Virus record (IMG/VR): IMGVR_UViG_3300022934_000004
DNA length: 64,000 nt
Source of the DNA: a virus
Direction: 5' to 3' (one strand)
Shown here: piece after piece, positions 1-10,180 of the stretch
Layout of the letters: each line of letters begins with the position of its first letter
How positions within the stretch are numbered: position 1 is the stretch's first letter
Program-made: the position numbers and the translations under genes
The notes under the pieces: generated by a model
What the model was told of the DNA's origin: nothing
The model's input: the letters and a program-made list of their open reading frames with translations, nothing else
The model's database searches: none

Positions 1-2339
1 CCTATGGTACTACAAATTATATCCATCAATTCATTACAGATAAGTTTCCATCAGACATTAAATTTAATCCTAATCATATTAACATTGTAAACTTTGATAT
101 TGAGGTTGCTTCAGATGATGGTTTTCCTATTCCAGAAGCAGCGGCTCATCCTATTACAGCAATTACTTTAAAGTCTAGTAAGTCATCTATATTTCAAGTT
201 TGGGGTTTAGATAATTATGATCCTTCTAAAACTGAACTAGATCTTGATGGAAGTCTTATTCAATATCACCATTGCAAGTCTGAAGAAGAATTACTTGTTA
301 AGTTTATAAATTATTGGACCAAAAATTATCCTGATGTAATCACAGGTTGGAATTGTCGTTTTTTTGATATTCCTTATCTTGTAAATCGTATTCATAATCT
401 TGGTACACAAGAAGCAGTTAACAAACTTTCTCCTTGGGGACTAGTTAATGATCGTCCAGTATATCGAGCTAATCGCCAACTTCCGGCTTTTGAAATTGTT
501 GGAATACAGCAAGCTGATTATTTAGAGTTGTTTACTAAATTTGGATATTCATATGGTCCTCAAGAATCATATAAGCTAGATCATATTGGTTATGTTGTAG
601 TAGGTGAACGTAAACTATCATATGAAGAACATGGTAATTTATATACTTTATATAAAAAAGATCATCAAAAATTTATTGACTATAATATTAAAGATGTTCA
701 ATTAGTTGATCGTATTGATGCTAAGATGGGCTTAATTAATTTAGCTTTAACTATGGCATATAAAGGTGGTGTAAATTTAAGTGATACATTTGGAACGACT
801 AATATATGGGAATCTATCATTTATCGTAGATTGCTTAGTAAAAATGTTATTACTCCACTTAAACAAATAGATCAAATTCGCTGGTATCAAATTGCTGGTG
901 CAACCGAAACATCAAAGAATAAACCTGGTTCTGAAGCAAGAAAGAAAGGTAAGTCTCATTCCATTGCTGGAGGCTTTGTAAAGGATCCACAGGTCGGTGG
1001 CCATGATTGGGTGGTTTCCTTTGACTTAAATTCTCTATATCCTAATATTATTGTTGAATATAATATTTCTCCAGAAACAATGATACGAGATCCTCGCATT
1101 TGTTTCTCTCAAGGTCCAGATAATTATATGAAAGATGATAATAAAGTTAATGACAATTATTCTATTGCTGCTTCTGGTGTAGCATTTAGTAAAGAAAGAC
1201 AAGGTATAATTCCAGAATTAATTGTAGATTATTATGCTGAAAGGTCAACAATTAAAAAACGAATGTTATCAGCTAAATCTGAATATGAAAAATCTAAGAA
1301 TTCTAAACTGGAATCTGAAATCAATCAACTTGAAAATAATCAGATGGCAATTAAAATTCTTTTAAATTCTCTTTATGGCGCCTTAGCAAATCAATACTTT
1401 AAATATTTTGATAATGCTTTAGCTGAATCTGTAACACTAACAGGTCAGCTTTCTATTAAACGCGCAGAAAAAGCAGTTAATAATGAAATGAATAAACTGC
1501 TAAAAACTGACAAAGATTATGTCATAGCAATTGATACTGATTCTGTTTATATTAATATGGGTCCTTTAGTTAAAAAATTACAACTAAAGAATCCAGTACA
1601 AGATTTAGATAAACTATGTAGTAAACATTTCGAACCAATTATTGCTGCTGAATATTCTAAACTATTTAATAAAATGAATGCCTATACACCTCGTATGGAA
1701 ATGGGTAGAGAAGTTATAGCTGATCGTGGTATATGGACTGCAAAAAAACGATACATATTAAATGTACATAATAATGAAGGTGTACAATATGCAGAACCAA
1801 AACTCAAGATCATGGGTATTGAAGCTATTAAATCATCTACACCTGCAGTTGTACGTGATAAATTTAAAGAAGTATTTAAAATTATTGTTACAGGTGATGA
1901 ACAAAAAACTCGTCAGTTTATAGATGATTTCAGATCTACATTTAAATCTTTACCTGCTGAAGATGTTTCCTTTCCTCGTGGTGTAAGTGAAATAGACAAA
2001 TGGAAAGATCGTAAAACAATTTATGGTAGAGGTACACCAATTCATGTAAGAGGTTCTTTACTATATAATCATTATTTACGTGACCACGCACTTGACAAAA
2101 AATATAGTGAAATTAAAAGTGGGGAAAAGATTAAATATTCTTATTTAAAATTACCTAATCCTATACGTGAAAATGTAGTTTCTTTTCCAGATTATTTACC
2201 ACCTGAATTTAATCTTCATAAATATATTGACTATGATTTACAATTTGAAAAAACATTTATTGAACCAATCACACCAATCTTAGATGCAGTAGGATGGTCT
2301 TTAAAAGATGAAGCAACCTTGGAGGACTTTTTTGTATGA
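1..2339 (+). CDS. 43: Family B DNA polymerase (T4 gp43-like), 5'-truncated by the window edge
   Basis: Frame is open from nt 3 (YGTTNYIHQ...FDIEVASDDGFP, ExoI), well upstream of the 528 TTG call; motifs SFDLNSLYP, KILLNSLYG, IDTDS, KKRY. Confidence 0.97.
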   Translation, partial: YGTTNYIHQFITDKFPSDIKFNPNHINIVNFDIEVASDDGFPIPEAAAHPITAITLKSSKSSIFQVWGLDNYDPSKTELDLDGSLIQYHHCKSEEELLVKFINYWTKNYPDVITGWNCRFFDIPYLVNRIHNLGTQEAVNKLSPWGLVNDRPVYRANRQLPAFEIVGIQQADYLELFTKFGYSYGPQESYKLDHIGYVVVGERKLSYEEHGNLYTLYKKDHQKFIDYNIKDVQLVDRIDAKMGLINLALTMAYKGGVNLSDTFGTTNIWESIIYRRLLSKNVITPLKQIDQIRWYQIAGATETSKNKPGSEARKKGKSHSIAGGFVKDPQVGGHDWVVSFDLNSLYPNIIVEYNISPETMIRDPRICFSQGPDNYMKDDNKVNDNYSIAASGVAFSKERQGIIPELIVDYYAERSTIKKRMLSAKSEYEKSKNSKLESEINQLENNQMAIKILLNSLYGALANQYFKYFDNALAESVTLTGQLSIKRAEKAVNNEMNKLLKTDKDYVIAIDTDSVYINMGPLVKKLQLKNPVQDLDKLCSKHFEPIIAAEYSKLFNKMNAYTPRMEMGREVIADRGIWTAKKRYILNVHNNEGVQYAEPKLKIMGIEAIKSSTPAVVRDKFKEVFKIIVTGDEQKTRQFIDDFRSTFKSLPAEDVSFPRGVSEIDKWKDRKTIYGRGTPIHVRGSLLYNHYLRDHALDKKYSEIKSGEKIKYSYLKLPNPIRENVVSFPDYLPPEFNLHKYIDYDLQFEKTFIEPITPILDAVGWSLKDEATLEDFFV

Positions 2340-3061
2340 ATTATATTTTTGACGTTGACGGTACACTAACTCTTAGTCGGCAAAAAATTAATACAGAGTT
2401 TAAAGAATTCTTTTTAAATTTTATTAAAAAGAATAATTGCTATTTAGTTACAGGTAGCGATTATGAAAAAACACTTGAACAATTAGGAGAAGACATTTGT
2501 GAAAATGTAACTGCCTCTTTTAATTGTGCAGGAAATAGCGTTTGGCAAAAGGGAAAACAAACATGGGCTAATGAGTGGAAACTTCCTGCAGATGCAAGAG
2601 AATGGTTGGAAGGCATGTTAGAAGAATCTGGTTTTTATCGTAAAACCGGTAATCATATTGAAGAACGACCTGGTATGGTTAACTTCAGTATTGTTGGTCG
2701 TAATTGTAATCTTGAAGAAAGAGCAATGTATAGAGAATGGGATCAACATAAAAATGAACGTCAATTTATAGCAGCAGCTTTTGAAGATACGTTCGGTCTT
2801 TCTGCTCAAGTTGCAGGAGAAACAGGAATTGATATCGTTCCACCCGGCGCAGATAAAAGTCAAGTAGTAGGATGGATTGAAAAACCAATTGTTTTCTTTG
2901 GCGATAAAATGCAATTAGGTGGAAATGATTATCCACTAGTAAAAGCTCTTGAACAATATAGTAATACCAATTCTATTCAAGTTAAAGATTGGAAAGACAC
3001 ACAAAGAATGTTATGGGCATTAGAAAATCCGGTTGTACATGAGCACGTAGGTGTGGTATAA
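2336..3061 (+). CDS. HAD-IIB phosphomannomutase-like (eukaryotic PMM type) hydrolase
   Basis: FDVDGTLT, VTGSD, IEERPGMVNFSIVGR, FFGDK...GGND motifs. Confidence 0.85.
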   Translation: MNYIFDVDGTLTLSRQKINTEFKEFFLNFIKKNNCYLVTGSDYEKTLEQLGEDICENVTASFNCAGNSVWQKGKQTWANEWKLPADAREWLEGMLEESGFYRKTGNHIEERPGMVNFSIVGRNCNLEERAMYREWDQHKNERQFIAAAFEDTFGLSAQVAGETGIDIVPPGADKSQVVGWIEKPIVFFGDKMQLGGNDYPLVKALEQYSNTNSIQVKDWKDTQRMLWALENPVVHEHVGVV

Positions 3062-3062
3062 T
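3034..3062 (+). promoter_or_regulatory. Early sigma70-like promoter
   Basis: TGTACA-17nt-TATAAT with TGG extension. Confidence 0.7.
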
Positions 3063-3067
3063 ATATT

Positions 3068-3580
3068 ATGCGTTTCAAGAATGTTGTGGTGATTGTCGAT
3101 GCATGGCAAACTTGGCCTGATGAAGATGTTAGAAGTCACGCACTTATTGAAACAGAAGCACATACATTTGGTAATTACATAAATACAATGTTACCTTATA
3201 TAAGAAATGTAAGTGAAGTGTTTCATTATACCGGATATCCAGAATATAAAAAATATGGATTAATGGAATCTATAGACAGAAAAAATGATAAAGTAATATA
3301 CAAATTAAGTGATGTAATTGATGATGATAGATATATTCATCACTGGATAAACAACGTAAATAGAATTTATGTATGTGGATTTCACTATGATATTTGCGTA
3401 AATAATGTATTAGAAAAATACGAAAAAAAATGGGATGTTCCAAAAGAAAAATTAGGAGTACTTTTAAATATGACAATTCCACACCCATGTGGCACATATA
3501 AGTTTAGTCAACCTGACTATGATCATTATATGTTTACGATTAGAGGATCATTTGAAAAAATTAAGGAGTTTAAATTATGA
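3068..3580 (+). CDS. Isochorismatase/cysteine-hydrolase-like protein
   Basis: VVIVDAW near N-terminus and YVCGFHYDICV. Confidence 0.5.
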   Translation: MRFKNVVVIVDAWQTWPDEDVRSHALIETEAHTFGNYINTMLPYIRNVSEVFHYTGYPEYKKYGLMESIDRKNDKVIYKLSDVIDDDRYIHHWINNVNRIYVCGFHYDICVNNVLEKYEKKWDVPKEKLGVLLNMTIPHPCGTYKFSQPDYDHYMFTIRGSFEKIKEFKL

Positions 3581-3990
3581 GTGATTGGGCAAATGACATT
3601 TACATGATGCACAATAAATTTGGAGTACGTGAATGGTTTGATAAAAATAAAGAAGATAAAGATCTTATGCGGAAATATATTATGTTTCGTATGCTAATGA
3701 TTGGTGAAGAATATCAAGAAACATTGTCAGCTATTAATAATTCTGATGCAGAAGAAGTTGTTGATGGCCTTATTGATATGTGTGTATTTGCTATCGGTAC
3801 TCTTGATGTAATGGGAGTAGATGCTAATGAAGCATGGGATAGAGTGTATGAAGCTAATATGGCAAAAAAGCCTGGTGTAAAACCTGGTCGGCCTAATCGT
3901 TTTGGTTTACCTGATTTATTAAAACCTGGCGGTTGGAAAGGTCCAACTCACGAGGGGAATGTTGGTGATCTACCACGCATTATTGACTGA
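3577..3990 (+). CDS. All-alpha NTP pyrophosphohydrolase (MazG/PRA-PH-like; candidate dCTPase/dUTPase)
   Basis: EEYQE...EEVVDGLID acidic motif, W..V..ANMAK...GLPDLLKP. Confidence 0.75.
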   Translation: MSDWANDIYMMHNKFGVREWFDKNKEDKDLMRKYIMFRMLMIGEEYQETLSAINNSDAEEVVDGLIDMCVFAIGTLDVMGVDANEAWDRVYEANMAKKPGVKPGRPNRFGLPDLLKPGGWKGPTHEGNVGDLPRIID

Positions 3991-4169
3991 TGACTGAAGG
4001 ACCATTTAAGACCGCATTTGATTCTGACACTGACGGTGTAGTTAGGCGTGAAATTATTACTTATCGTATGCGGAATGGCATGATGATAAAAGAAGAAGCA
4101 AGCCGTGATTATTATGCCTCAGGTGATTATCACGATACAAGCAACACCAAGCCTTTGGTTCACCGGTGA
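3990..4169 (+). CDS. Small hypothetical protein (59 aa, MTEGPFKTAFD...), not in ORF track
   Basis: Start overlaps the upstream stop (TGATG) and the ORF fills the intergenic gap. Confidence 0.6.
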   Translation: MTEGPFKTAFDSDTDGVVRREIITYRMRNGMMIKEEASRDYYASGDYHDTSNTKPLVHR

Positions 4170-4175
4170 TGTATA

Positions 4176-5105
4176 ATGCAAACAACCTTAACTATATTCA
4201 AATCAATATTTGATAATAAGACTCATCGTAAGATGGAGTTTTCAACCTTTATGGAATTTGAAAGCTTTCTTTACAAATTATCAAAGACTAAATATAGTAA
4301 TAAAAAAGAAGCATCACTCATTTCACCTGCTACATATATATTAGACTCAACACGTGCTAATAAGAATGTAGTTGATTGGGGTGGGTGGTGTGCAATTGAC
4401 GTTGATGATCATCAGTTTGAAGGTAATTTAAAAGAGGAGCTAATAAAAAAATATGGTGAGTATCATTTTGTCTGTTATTCTACTGCTAGCTCTAGAGAAA
4501 ACTTTCCAAAGTTTCGTATGGTCTTCCCAATTACGCAAAGAGTTGAAGCAAATAACCTCCCACATTTCTGGTTCGCACTCAACAGCGAATTTGGATCCAT
4601 TGGTGATAAACAAACTAAAGATTTATCACGAATGTATTATATCCCTGGTACGTACGCTGGCAGTTTCAACTTTATCTTTACTAATCCTGGCGAGTATATT
4701 GATCCGCTAAAACTTATGAGAAAGCACGCTTATGTTGAAAAGAAATCAAGTTCATCTTTCTTAGATCGTATGCCAGAAGAATTACAAAAACAAGTAATAG
4801 AATATAAAAAATCTAAATTAACAAATACAGACGTCACTTGGACTGGATATAAGGATTGTCCATTTTTTCCTCGTAGATTAGAGTCAGAATATAAAACAAT
4901 AAGTAACACTGGTTGGTATCATAAGATGTATCAAATCATGGTTGCTTTAGCAGGAAATGCTTTGAAAAATCAATATCCAATCACCGCACAACAAATGGCA
5001 GAGTTATGTAGAGAACTAGATATTGAAACTGGAAACTGGTATGCAAATCGTCCATTAGAAGTAGAAGCAGATAGAGCATTGGAGTACGCTTATAGAAATG
5101 TCTAA
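4176..5105 (+). CDS. Archaeo-eukaryotic-type primase (prim-pol-like)
   Basis: WCAIDVDD (DxD), YSTASS..PKFRMVFP, D.QTKDLSRMYYIP; helical C-terminal domain. Confidence 0.7.
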   Translation: MQTTLTIFKSIFDNKTHRKMEFSTFMEFESFLYKLSKTKYSNKKEASLISPATYILDSTRANKNVVDWGGWCAIDVDDHQFEGNLKEELIKKYGEYHFVCYSTASSRENFPKFRMVFPITQRVEANNLPHFWFALNSEFGSIGDKQTKDLSRMYYIPGTYAGSFNFIFTNPGEYIDPLKLMRKHAYVEKKSSSSFLDRMPEELQKQVIEYKKSKLTNTDVTWTGYKDCPFFPRRLESEYKTISNTGWYHKMYQIMVALAGNALKNQYPITAQQMAELCRELDIETGNWYANRPLEVEADRALEYAYRNV

Positions 5106-5874
5106 AATCGTATTAGTCACAGGTGGATTTGATCCTATACATTCAGGTCATATTTCTTATTTAAGTCAAGCTAAAAAATTAGGAAATAGATTAGTAGTTG
5201 GATTAAATTCTGATGAATGGTTAGCAAGAAAAAAAGGGAAAGCCTTTTTACCATATGAAGAGAGGGTAGCAATTGTTGAAGCGCTTGAAATGGTTGATTG
5301 GATTATTGAGTTCGACGATTCTGATAATAGTGCTATTAACGCTATTGATAAGATTCTTTCTGACACTATGGACACTGTTGTATTCGCTAATGGCGGAGAC
5401 AGAAATAATGAAAATACTCCTGAGTTTTTAAAATATCAAAATCATCCTGATGTAGAATTTGTTTTTGGTGTTGGTGGTGATAAAACAAATTCTTCTAGTT
5501 GGATATTAGATGAATGGAAAACACAAAAAACACTTAGAGATTGGGGTTATTGGAGAGTGTTAGATGATAAAGGAACAGTGAAAGTAAAAGAACTTGTAAT
5601 AAATCCAGGCTGCAGTTTAAGTGATCAAAGACATTATCATAGAAGCGAACATTGGTATATATTAGAAGGTTCTATGAAAATGGATATTGAAAGAGGTGAT
5701 ATTATTTCAACCAATGTTGGTAGAGACGAAACGATAATTTTAAAACAACATCAGACTTATATTATACATAGAGAAGATTGGCATAAAGCTTATAATCCAT
5801 TTGATAAACCTTGTCACATATTAGAAGTTCAATACGGAACTAAGTGTATTGAAGAAGATATAGAAAGAAGATGA
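5098..5874 (+). CDS. Cytidylyltransferase fused to a cupin (mannose-6-P isomerase type II-like)
   Basis: GGFDPIHSGH, ANGGDR, NSSSW; C-terminal RDWG...LSDQRH..RSEHW...EVQYG...EEDIER. Confidence 0.85.
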   Translation: MSKIVLVTGGFDPIHSGHISYLSQAKKLGNRLVVGLNSDEWLARKKGKAFLPYEERVAIVEALEMVDWIIEFDDSDNSAINAIDKILSDTMDTVVFANGGDRNNENTPEFLKYQNHPDVEFVFGVGGDKTNSSSWILDEWKTQKTLRDWGYWRVLDDKGTVKVKELVINPGCSLSDQRHYHRSEHWYILEGSMKMDIERGDIISTNVGRDETIILKQHQTYIIHREDWHKAYNPFDKPCHILEVQYGTKCIEEDIERR

Positions 5875-6026
5875 TAAAAGCAGAAAAAGAAATTATTTGG
5901 CATCTTACATGTACTCAATGTAAAGGACATTGGAGTTACGCTACAATGGAAGAAAACTATTGTATTGAAAGAGGTAACTTACATTGTCCACATTGTGGTA
6001 AAAAAGAATCCGTAAAAAAAACGTAA
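5871..6026 (+). CDS. Small zinc-ribbon protein (51 aa), not in ORF track
   Basis: CTQC...CPHCG; ATGA overlap with the upstream gene. Confidence 0.65.
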   Translation: MIKAEKEIIWHLTCTQCKGHWSYATMEENYCIERGNLHCPHCGKKESVKKT

Positions 6027-6083
6027 GTGATTGTTTTTAAATGAAACAAAATGGTGTACAATTCATAAGAACTGTGGTAGTAT
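6014..6083 (+). promoter_or_regulatory. Early promoter with upstream conserved IHF-like box
   Basis: TAAGTGATTGTTT at 6024-6036; TGTACA(6055)-17-TAGTAT(6078). Confidence 0.7.
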
Positions 6084-6098
6084 AGTAATTATGAATGG

Positions 6099-6710
6099 AT
6101 GGAAGGCGATACAATGTGCAAAGCTAAAGACAATCATTATGAAATATACTCTGCAATTTTAACAGTGGCTAAACAACTTGAACCACTATATGGTACTAGT
6201 GATGAAATCGATGGTGTAATTACTTTCTCACTAGGCAACGCACTCTTCGGTGCACCTAATATTTTTAATGGAATGTGTACGCCATCGTGTCAATTTACTC
6301 AAAAACCTGGACCAGGTAGAGACACAACATGGGAACATATATGGGGTCGTAAAAATTCATCAATCACAATTATAGAACAAATTCGTAAAGGCAAAAGCGA
6401 TAAATTTTTAGTTAATCTTATTAAGTCTCGTTGTAGAGTTGCTATTACTTTGAAGACAGAAAATCAAGCTCTGAAACCATATCAGAATGATGAAGAACTA
6501 GCAAAGAAACATCCTCGACAAGCATATAAAGCAGCGGGACTTACTTGGGTTAATTGGGTTGGAAACAAGGTTTACAATATTGAAGGAATAACTTATAATA
6601 CTCGTGAGGCAATATTAAACGATTATGATTTAACTCCTGAACAATTGACATACCGTTTAAGCAAAGCCGCGACAAAATGGAAGGACTGGACAATTGAAAG
6701 AATCAATTAA
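6099..6710 (+). CDS. Hypothetical protein, possibly a degenerate HNH-like nuclease with a C-terminal DNA-binding module
   Basis: TWEHIWGRK motif; C-terminal YNIEGITY...LTYRL...WKDW resembles homing-endonuclease DNA-binding modules. Confidence 0.35.
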   Translation: MEGDTMCKAKDNHYEIYSAILTVAKQLEPLYGTSDEIDGVITFSLGNALFGAPNIFNGMCTPSCQFTQKPGPGRDTTWEHIWGRKNSSITIIEQIRKGKSDKFLVNLIKSRCRVAITLKTENQALKPYQNDEELAKKHPRQAYKAAGLTWVNWVGNKVYNIEGITYNTREAILNDYDLTPEQLTYRLSKAATKWKDWTIERIN

Positions 6711-7056
6711 AGTATTACAGCGTGCAGCTGAAATTCAAAATAAAAAAGGTAATGATTACCAAAATCCTAATTCACGAGTACGTCAAGCAATGTACTATCC
6801 TCGTGGTTGTGCTACTATTCTAGATACCATGCAAGCTAAAGTATTACGTATTCAATCTGTGCTTGAAGCAATGGAATTGGATAGGGATTATAATCCTAAT
6901 TTCGAATCCCTTGAAGATTCATGCATAGATATAATTAACTATGCTTCATTCTTTATTGCATATATGAATGGAAACATAGATGGTCAGAATCCTGAGCATG
7001 ATTTTTTAAATAGACCTAAAAGGAAAACAGATGAATCAGAAAACGTGGACAGCTGA
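6694..7056 (+). CDS. Nucleotide-modification-associated helical protein (DUF1599/DUF6378-like)
   Basis: KKGNDY...K..R...ESLEDSCIDIINYA. Confidence 0.6.
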   Translation: MKESIKVLQRAAEIQNKKGNDYQNPNSRVRQAMYYPRGCATILDTMQAKVLRIQSVLEAMELDRDYNPNFESLEDSCIDIINYASFFIAYMNGNIDGQNPEHDFLNRPKRKTDESENVDS

Positions 7057-7240
7057 TATTGGCGAAGATTCAAATGGAGAATTAGTAGTTAATTTACCAT
7101 CAGATATTCTTAACCAAATGGGATGGGATGCTGGTACTGAATTAATTTGGGAAGAACATAACGACGGAACATGGAGTTTTAGAAAAAATGAGAATCCTGA
7201 TAATGGGACTGCCGGGAGCGGGGAAAACACACCTAGCTAA
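7031..7240 (+). CDS. AbrB/SpoVT-like small protein
   Basis: GELVVNLPSDILNQMGWDAGTELIW. Confidence 0.6.
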   Translation: MNQKTWTADIGEDSNGELVVNLPSDILNQMGWDAGTELIWEEHNDGTWSFRKNENPDNGTAGSGENTPS

Positions 7241-7610
7241 AAGGTTACAAATTCATTTAAATTGTGCTTGGTATAATGCTGATAAGATTAGAGAGCAAGC
7301 CAATGATTGGGACTTTACTCCATCTGGCAGAAATAGACAAGCAGAAAGAATGAATACTCTTGCATTATTTGAAGGATCTCGTGGTCGTACTGTTATTTGT
7401 GATTTTGTTTGTCCTACTGGAGAAACACGTAAACAGTTTATAGCTGATATTACAATATGGATGGACACAATAGAAGAGGGTAGGTTTGATAATACTAATA
7501 AAATATTTGAAAGACCTACAGAAGTTGATTATCATGTAAAGTCTTTCATGTCTGATGAAGAAATAATTAACTTCGCAAAAGTATTAAGAGAGGATTTTCC
7601 AGGTGTTTGA
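7188..7610 (+). CDS. Adenylylsulfate (APS) kinase-like P-loop kinase
   Basis: GLPGAGKT, NADKIR, DFTPSGRNRQAERM, FERP. Confidence 0.75.
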   Translation: MRILIMGLPGAGKTHLAKRLQIHLNCAWYNADKIREQANDWDFTPSGRNRQAERMNTLALFEGSRGRTVICDFVCPTGETRKQFIADITIWMDTIEEGRFDNTNKIFERPTEVDYHVKSFMSDEEIINFAKVLREDFPGV

Positions 7611-8013
7611 TCATAAAAAACCAACAACGCAAATGCTAGGTCGATGGCAGCCTTGGCATGCTGGGCATACAGAATTATTTAAAAGAGCTTTAGCAGAAAC
7701 TGGTCAAGTTGCTATTATGATTCGAGATGTTGGTGGTATTATTGGATCTGATGCTGGTGGTGGAAGAACTGTAGCACAAGATGATAATCCTTTTGACTAT
7801 AGTCAGGTTGTACAAAATATTCAAGTCGCATTACATAAAGAAGGTTTTGCATATAACGAGAAATACATTATTATGAAAGTTCCTAATATTGTAGACATTA
7901 GTTATGGGAGAGGTGTAGGTTATACATTCACTGAACATGATTTAGGAAAAGACATACACGATATTAGCGCTACAAAAATTAGAGCTCAGCTACGTAAGGA
8001 TGGTAGACTTTGA
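7603..8013 (+). CDS. HIGH-family nucleotidyltransferase (ATP-sulfurylase/NMNAT-like)
   Basis: GRWQPWHAGH, DNPF, YGRGVGY, ISATKIR. Confidence 0.75.
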   Translation: MFDHKKPTTQMLGRWQPWHAGHTELFKRALAETGQVAIMIRDVGGIIGSDAGGGRTVAQDDNPFDYSQVVQNIQVALHKEGFAYNEKYIIMKVPNIVDISYGRGVGYTFTEHDLGKDIHDISATKIRAQLRKDGRL

Positions 8014-8576
8014 AAAATTTTATTGGTATATACGACAATTCCATTAGTGATGAATTGATACAAGACTATTTTGATTATTGGGATAATAATCAAGTTTTTG
8101 TTAAATCTGGTATGGTTGGAAATAATGGAAAGGTTGTTGTAAATACTGATGTAAAAGATTCACAAGATTTAACATCTAATAATCTTCCAGGTGAGTTGAT
8201 TATGAGGTATCAAACCTCGTTACAAAAAGTTTTAAATGAATATTTAAAAGAATATGAACATGCTAATAACGTTGATCAATTTAGAATTATACAAGAATAT
8301 AATTTTCAATGCTATCCTCCAGGCGGAGGTTTTAAAACTTGGCATCATGAATTAGCTCATCATAGAACAGATGGAACTCGACATTTAGTTTTTATGACAT
8401 ATTTAAATACTGTTAAAGATGGTGGCACTGAATTTTTATATCAAGATTTAAAAGTTGATGCTGTCAAAGGTAGGACAATAATTTGGCCACCAGGTTTTAC
8501 ACATACTCATAGAGGAGTAATAGCTCAAGAACCTAAAGCAATTTTAACAGGATGGTGGAGCTTAGTACCACAATGA
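8010..8576 (+). CDS. 2OG-Fe(II) oxygenase
   Basis: WHHE, YLN...GGTEF, WPP.FTHTHRG, K.ILTGW. Confidence 0.85.
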   Translation: MKNFIGIYDNSISDELIQDYFDYWDNNQVFVKSGMVGNNGKVVVNTDVKDSQDLTSNNLPGELIMRYQTSLQKVLNEYLKEYEHANNVDQFRIIQEYNFQCYPPGGGFKTWHHELAHHRTDGTRHLVFMTYLNTVKDGGTEFLYQDLKVDAVKGRTIIWPPGFTHTHRGVIAQEPKAILTGWWSLVPQ

Positions 8577-8758
8577 GTCTCCATATCTTTGCATCGCCAA
8601 TGGTAGCATTTTTTATGATACTCATATGGGCAGCATTGTTTGGTGATACTGTATTCTTTCTAATAGAAAATAATATGATTGAAGAATGGATTATTTGTAT
8701 ACAGATTTATATTTCAATAATGTTATTAGTAAAATTTAAAAGGACTTTGTATAAATGA
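8573..8758 (+). CDS. Small membrane protein
   Basis: Two hydrophobic segments; ATGA overlap at 8573. Confidence 0.45.
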   Translation: MSLHIFASPMVAFFMILIWAALFGDTVFFLIENNMIEEWIICIQIYISIMLLVKFKRTLYK

Positions 8759-9540
8759 GAATTATCGCCGGACCATGTCAACATGAAACCTTTGAACAAA
8801 GTTTAGAAATCGCTTTACATTGTAAAGATGTTTGTGATAAGTACGAAGCTGAATATTATTTTAAAGCTAGTTTTGATAAAGCAAATAGAACAAGCTTGAC
8901 TGGAAAACGTGGTCTTGGTATGCCAATGACTCTACATCATTTCCGTGATTTAAAAACCGAAATACCTGGTCTTAAAATTCTTACTGATGTTCATAGTGTA
9001 GAACAAGTTAGACAATTGGGGTATCAAGGTAGTGGAAATCTAGTAGACGTACTACAGATTCCAGCATTTCTCTGTAGGCAAACAGATTTAATTGTTGAAG
9101 CTTGTAGAACAGAGAAAATAGTAAATATAAAAAAAGGTCAATTTCTAGCGCCTTGGGATGTTACAGGAATTTTAAGTAAAACACAAGGTGCTAAAGAAGT
9201 ATGGATAACTGAAAGAGGTACAAGTTTTGGATATAATAACCTTGTTGTCGATTTCACTGGTGTTGACTATATGCTTAATAATTATGACTGCGATATTGTT
9301 CTCGATGTTACTCACTCTGTCCAAAAGCCCGGCGGAATTGGACATTGCTCGGGCGGTGCTCCTATTCACGTGCCTGGGTTGGCTCGTTGTGGGGCTGCTT
9401 TGGGGGTCACTTCCTTCTTTATCGAAGTCCACCCTATGCCTGAATCCGCACCCAGTGATTCGGAAAGTATGCTTAGATTAGATGATTTTGAAAGAGTTGT
9501 AGATGAAATCCACCGCTATTCTTATTCCAGCGAGATATGA
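8755..9540 (+). CDS. kdsA: KDO8P synthase
   Basis: IAGPC, KASFDKANRTS, QIPAFLCRQT, NIKKGQF, TERG.SFGY, D.THSVQ. Confidence 0.95.
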   Translation: MRIIAGPCQHETFEQSLEIALHCKDVCDKYEAEYYFKASFDKANRTSLTGKRGLGMPMTLHHFRDLKTEIPGLKILTDVHSVEQVRQLGYQGSGNLVDVLQIPAFLCRQTDLIVEACRTEKIVNIKKGQFLAPWDVTGILSKTQGAKEVWITERGTSFGYNNLVVDFTGVDYMLNNYDCDIVLDVTHSVQKPGGIGHCSGGAPIHVPGLARCGAALGVTSFFIEVHPMPESAPSDSESMLRLDDFERVVDEIHRYSYSSEI

Positions 9541-10180
9541 GTCAAGTAGATACCCTGGTAAGCCATTAGTTAATCTTGGTGAAATGACTATGATTGAAAG
9601 AGTGTATGAGACTTGTGCTGATACAGGTTTAGATACATATGTACTTACTGATGACTATAGAATTGCTTCATTATTTAATGACAATAATTGTCGATTAGAT
9701 ACTACAGAATATAATAATGGTACAGAAAGATGTGCCGGAGCGCTCGATAAAATACCAGAATATGATCAGTACATAAACGTTCAAGGTGATATGCCTGATG
9801 TGAATAAGCATATGATTAATAAAGTAATATGGCATTTAAAGCATTACCCTATCACTACTCTTTTCACCGATATGCCAGAAAAAATGCGAAATGATCCTAA
9901 CTCTGTAAAAGTAGTAAGAGGTGGAGATAAAGCCCTTTGGTTCGGAAGAGGAATGGCAGGCTATGGCGATTGGCATTTAGGAATTTATGGATATAAAAGA
10001 AATCCTTTACAATTCTATAGCAAGTATGGTATAATAGAAGAAGAAAGAATAGAACAACTAGAGCAATTGCGCTGGTTAAAAACAGGTTGGGACATAGGTA
10101 TACTGCATACTGAATTTAATGGAATAGAAATTAATACACCAGAAGATGAAAAAAGGTGGAATGAAAAATGGCTAATATAG
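9503..10180 (+). CDS. kdsB: CMP-Kdo synthetase (3-deoxy-manno-octulosonate cytidylyltransferase)
   Basis: IPARYESSRYPGKPL, GTERC, NVQGD, HLGIYGY, EQLEQLRW, INTPED. Confidence 0.93.
   Translation: MKSTAILIPARYESSRYPGKPLVNLGEMTMIERVYETCADTGLDTYVLTDDYRIASLFNDNNCRLDTTEYNNGTERCAGALDKIPEYDQYINVQGDMPDVNKHMINKVIWHLKHYPITTLFTDMPEKMRNDPNSVKVVRGGDKALWFGRGMAGYGDWHLGIYGYKRNPLQFYSKYGIIEEERIEQLEQLRWLKTGWDIGILHTEFNGIEINTPEDEKRWNEKWLI

Noticed and set aside
528-2339. ORF-track start of the polymerase at TTG 528
   Set aside because: The frame is open from the window start and includes the ExoI motif, so the true start is upstream of the window
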